A stretch of DNA of 64,000 bases from Asterias amurensis. Taxonomy: Eukaryota. The translations under genes and the position numbers were made by a program. This document shows, piece after piece, positions 60,057 through 64,000 of this stretch. The notes beneath the pieces were generated by a model. It saw only the letters and a program-made list of their open reading frames with translations, searched no databases and had not been told where the DNA came from. Positions within the stretch are counted from its first letter, which is position 1, and each line of letters starts with the position of its first letter. Where the stretch lies: the NCBI RefSeq assembly GCF_032118995.1, contig NC_092655.1:14589223-14653222 (forward strand), read 5' to 3'.

Positions 60057-61690
60057 ACTTTGAGAAGATTGGGTTTACCGATGCCCTGAAATTTGAAAGA
60101 GACGGGTATGATACATATTGCTACCGCAGAGATCGACAAAAAAGACAGTTTCAAATCTAAAAATATTCTTTGCAATCAGGATGATGCCGGTGCAAAATAT
60201 TTTCGTACGAAATACAACACTGCTCGAGAAATTGTACTTCGATACTTGGATCGTATTTCGAATAAAAAAAATCTGTATATCATTATACGTGTGATGTATG
60301 GAAAATCCTACATCAGAATGACGGTCATTTATGGTGTTTTTTGTGTGAAAGATGACACATTGAGGATTCATGTTCACATTGGTTGGTTAGTTTTGCTTTG
60401 TTTCAGTTTTTAAACTTTATTGCACAAACATCATACAACGTTTTGCAAAAGAGAAACCCGGAATGGGCACATGCATGTCAGCTAAAAGGGGACCATTGAT
60501 CACACACAAGAATTGTAGAAAGAAAAGAAACGAGTAAAAGTAACAACAGTAAAAAGGCAAGTAGAAACAAAACATAAAAGTATATTTACAGTTTAAAAAA
60601 ACATAAAATCACAAAACGAAAACATAAAAATTCTCCAAACTACAATAAAATATAAACGCTATACCTGTTGGACTTGCAAGATGGCAATTTTTTTAAATTA
60701 TTTATATCAACTCTCACCACTGTTCGGAGCAGGCAGCACGGAATGAATACTTTGTACATTATATATAGCTGGGTTGTATTGGCACAAACCTGTCTTTTTT
60801 ATAAACATTTAAAACCTTTTTTTTATGAGACGCCGTGTACTTTTTGTTCGGTGCAGCATAATTGATTTATTAACGATTAACGGTGTAGGTAATCCGATAG
60901 CATTATTGTAGTAAATGATATATTGCTGAATAAATTGCAGTGAAGGCCGCCGGGACGTTTGATAACTGTATGGTAAGAGAAACTCACGGCTGTAATTTTG
61001 CAAAACGCCAGACAGGCATCACGTGTGTCGGTAGCTAACTATACGGACTGGGAATATCATAATATTCTCGTTTGAAAACCAATAACATATCATTTTTTTT
61101 GTTTTAACCAATATACTCTGATGTTTTGTTAGCACTGTATACTCGGTTCTTTCTCAAGCTCTGTGAAAACACTCACAGGCATAAATTATTACTCGGGTGT
61201 GATTCGCACCCACGACCTTTTCCATGCTCATGCTAGAGCAGTGTACCAAATTAAAACAACAACAACAACAACACACACAAATAAAAATTTAAAAAAAATT
61301 GTTTAAGTTTTATTTTTTAAGAAAACAAAATACACATCGAGACACAAAAAACTGTTGTCATCAAAATGAAATTCGAAGATAACATAGCAGCCTAACTCTG
61401 TGAAAGGTTCAGATCCAGACTCGTTTAGACAATAATTTCCATACCACTATAAAAAACATATCCTCAAGTAGGCCTATGTAAGTAGGAGTAAAGGAAAAAC
61501 GACAATAAGATAGCAGATGTTTGATACATGCAATAAAAATAGTGTGGGCTGTTTTGATAGGCAGAATCTTGTACAGCCAAACAAACAAACTAACAAACAA
61601 AAACATCCATCATTATGACAACATTGACCATCCAACACACTCCCACTAAACCAAGATGGCCACATGGCATACATTAGCCAAGAGGACAGA

Positions 61691-62072
61691 TTAAAGGCAC
61701 TGGACACTATTGGTAATTACTCAAAATAAATGTTAGCAGCAAAAAATACTTGGTAACAAGCAATGGAGAGCTGTTGATAGTATTATACATTCTGAGGAAC
61801 GACTCCCTCTGAAGTAGCGTAGTTTTTGAGAAAGAGGTAATTTCTCACACAAGTAATAAAATACTTCATTTGAAGTCTTTTATCATGCATCTAAAAGCAT
61901 TCAAATTTGTACAACAAGGGTGTTTTTTTTTTCATTACTCTCTTTCGACTTCGATGACAAATAAAGCCCAAATTAAAATAAAAAAATATTATTTTATGCA
62001 AATATTGGGATACACCAAGTGAGAACACTAGTCTCCCTGTGACACTTACCAAAGGTGTCCAGTGCCTTTAAT
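61691..62072 (-). mobile_element. MITE-A copy
   Basis: ttaaaggcactggacactattggtaattactcaaaataaatgttagc...cacttaccaaaggtgtccagtgcctttaa. Confidence 0.75.
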
Positions 62073-62277
62073 AATTGCCTGAACAACAGACCGTGAAATG
62101 GGCAACTCTCACACTCAGCTTCTGACATTGGCTTTACAGCTATAGTGACATCTCAATGTAAGAATCAGCCATATTTTAATTAAGCTGGTCACGCTGTTTT
62201 CACATCCTGTCTTATCTTTGATCAGTAGATGCGGGAATCATAGTGCGAAGCTTTCTTAGCGATATTCTAATGACAAC

Positions 62278-62658
62278 TTAAAGGGAAGGTACACGTCTGG
62301 TAATTTAGTCAAAACAAATATTAACTTAAAAACTGACTTAGTAACGAGCATTGGAGAGCTGTTGATAGTATAATACTTTGTGAGAAACAGCTCCCTCTAA
62401 AACAGCATAGATTTTGAAATAGGGGTAGTTTCTCACTAAAATAATAAAAGACTTCTAGCTAGAAGTCTTTTATTCCGAAGAAAGCACACAAATTCGTCCA
62501 AATAACAAGGCTGCTTTTTCTTTCATCATTTTCTTCCAACTCCGATGACCAATTGAGCTCAAATTTTCACAGGTTTGTTATTTTATGCATGTGTTGAGAT
62601 ACACTAAAGTGAGAACACTGGTCTTTGACAATTACCAGTAGTGTACCTTCCCTTTAAT
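62278..62658 (-). mobile_element. MITE-A subfamily copy with co-varied TIRs (ttaaagggaaggtacacgtctggtaatt / aattaccagtagtgtaccttccctttaa)
   Basis: The body matches MITE-A (ccaattgagctcaaattttcacaggtttgttattttatgcatgtgttgagatacac), but both TIRs carry the same substitutions. This suggests a distinct subfamily with a matching TIR pair. Confidence 0.7.
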
Positions 62659-63452
62659 GCAGATACTAATTCCTCTCGGCAAGGTTGCTTCCGTGCCGAG
62701 TATAAGGGCGAAAGGAATTAACTGGACATCGTTAGAGGGTACTGGCGGGTAAAACCTCGCTGCTAGGGAAAAATCACGGCCGTGAGTTTGGACAGTACTT
62801 ATAGTAGATCAAAGAAGGGAAGAATCTGAGCATGAAGTGCTTCCGTCAAAGACACATTAGCAATGTAATCTGCTCCGATGCATGCACAAAACAAAATGAT
62901 GGGTATGCTAGATGTCAACACTGACACACGGCGTAAAACAGCAGAATTTGGCCGTGATGTTGCGAAGCGCAAAAGTCGAAAGAGTGTGTTTTGTTTTTTT
63001 TGGACGTATTGACTGCAGGCAGCAGCCTTGTAATTCCATTAGGCATTAAAATGTCGATAAGTGAAAACACTATGTAACAAACGCATACTTCGAAAAGCAA
63101 TGGAAAGATTAATAACTGACGTTGAGAAACAAATGAAGTGTGTTTGTTGCTGGATGGAATGTCTTCTGAAAGTATACCGTCAACAGCTATACGGGTTTAA
63201 CATATATAGTCAACTTTTTCGATGTGCAATCAAGTTAATATTTCGATTTGGCTGGTATTGCTGTAACGATCCAAAGACTCGAATTGCGGACGTAATATGA
63301 ATCAAAGCCCACTGATTAAACGTCTATTTTAAAGCTTGAATTCAGCGATCAGTGCAATATCTTTTATAGTCTGCGTGAGATTCGTTTATAGAACCATCAG
63401 TTACTCAACGAAATTATCTTTCCATAAATTGAGGAAGTTCTAAACAGAACCA

Positions 63453-63623
63453 GGGGCCGATTTCACAAAGAGTTAGGACTCGTCTTATCTCGAGTTAAGG
63501 ACGAGTAACTCGTCCTAACTTAGGATTTATCTTAAGGTCTGCATGCTACAGTGCAGGTTGGGACTCGTCCTAAGTCCTAAGATTAGTCTTAAGTTAGGAA
63601 GAGTTTTGTGAAATCGACGGCAG
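63453..63623. mobile_element. MITE-H copy
   Basis: caggggccgatttcacaaagagttaggactcgtcttatctcgagttaaggacgagtaactcgtcctaact...gaagagttttgtgaaatcgacggcag. Confidence 0.7.
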
Positions 63624-64000
63624 ATGCATTTAATAGCAAATGGTTACAAACACTTTTCGCATACCAACTCGCCCGATCCAAGCCAACGTGCCCCTTTAAG
63701 GCAAACATGTAAATACTGCTCTTAGTACTTCACCCAATCATTCAATAAGCCGAGCAGACAAAGAGTAAAGTACGCATAATCCCCATAACCCCAGCAGTGC
63801 AACCGACTTCTAACTACTACACGGGGTGGTTCTTGTTTATCGATCATCATTATTATTACGATCACGATCATTGGATTCGATTCCCTTGGACTGGTGAAGC
63901 GTATATAGAGCATCGTGGCTATGTTCTTCAATTTACCATATATTTAGTAAATTAATTCAGCGATGCTTCAGCATGGGTAACCGAATAGTCCACCACAACC

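Noticed and set aside
1-64000. A prokaryotic-style defence/CRISPR/operon system or novel multi-gene system
   Set aside because: The window is eukaryotic. It has spliced genes with GT-AG introns, MITEs, SINE fragments and microsatellites. The repeated palindromic units are irregularly spaced, belong to several unrelated families, and have no spacer-like unique inserts of constant length. There are no co-oriented compact ORF clusters.

Overview
This window is eukaryotic nuclear DNA, most likely from an invertebrate metazoan (GC roughly 38-40%). It contains spliced genes with canonical GT-AG introns and a very high load of short non-autonomous transposons. There is no prokaryotic gene organisation, CRISPR array, rRNA or canonical tRNA gene. 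The six-frame ORF track accepts GTG/TTG starts and misses short exons, so several calls below come from reading splice junctions directly.

Three protein-coding elements are supported:
- **Sideroflexin (SFXN1/3-like) gene, minus strand.** Five coding exons are in the window (6798-6997, 4702-4872, 3184-3282, 2616-2691, 718-931), each with good splice sites. The gene continues beyond the window start.
- **Intronless rhodopsin-class GPCR, plus strand (28711-29736, 341 aa).** It carries somatostatin/allatostatin-C-receptor-type signature motifs.
- **Isolated RecQ-family helicase exon or pseudo-exon, minus strand (12059-12341).** It lies in the spacer between two ~550 bp inverted duplicated arms.

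The rest is dominated by miniature inverted-repeat elements (MITEs), palindromic hairpin and foldback elements, and satellites:
- About 27 copies of one ~385 bp MITE family ('MITE-A'), with 'cctTTAAagg'-type termini and 28 bp terminal inverted repeats (TIRs), make up roughly 15% of the window.
- A second family ('MITE-B') shares an internal core with MITE-A.
- Several near-perfect palindromes of 150-420 bp are present, plus tRNA-like SINE fragments.
- Repeats include mini- and microsatellites, GCTACG hexamer arrays, and at least 12 homopolymer G/C tracts of 11-18 nt.
- Structural oddities include a head-to-head MITE pair sharing one TTAA, nested insertions, a 130 bp inverted-repeat pair, and a segmental duplication with one segment inverted.

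I see no evidence of a novel multi-gene 'system'. The most interesting items are the orphan RecQ exon inside the inverted-duplication structure, the SSTR-like receptor, and the MITE biology.
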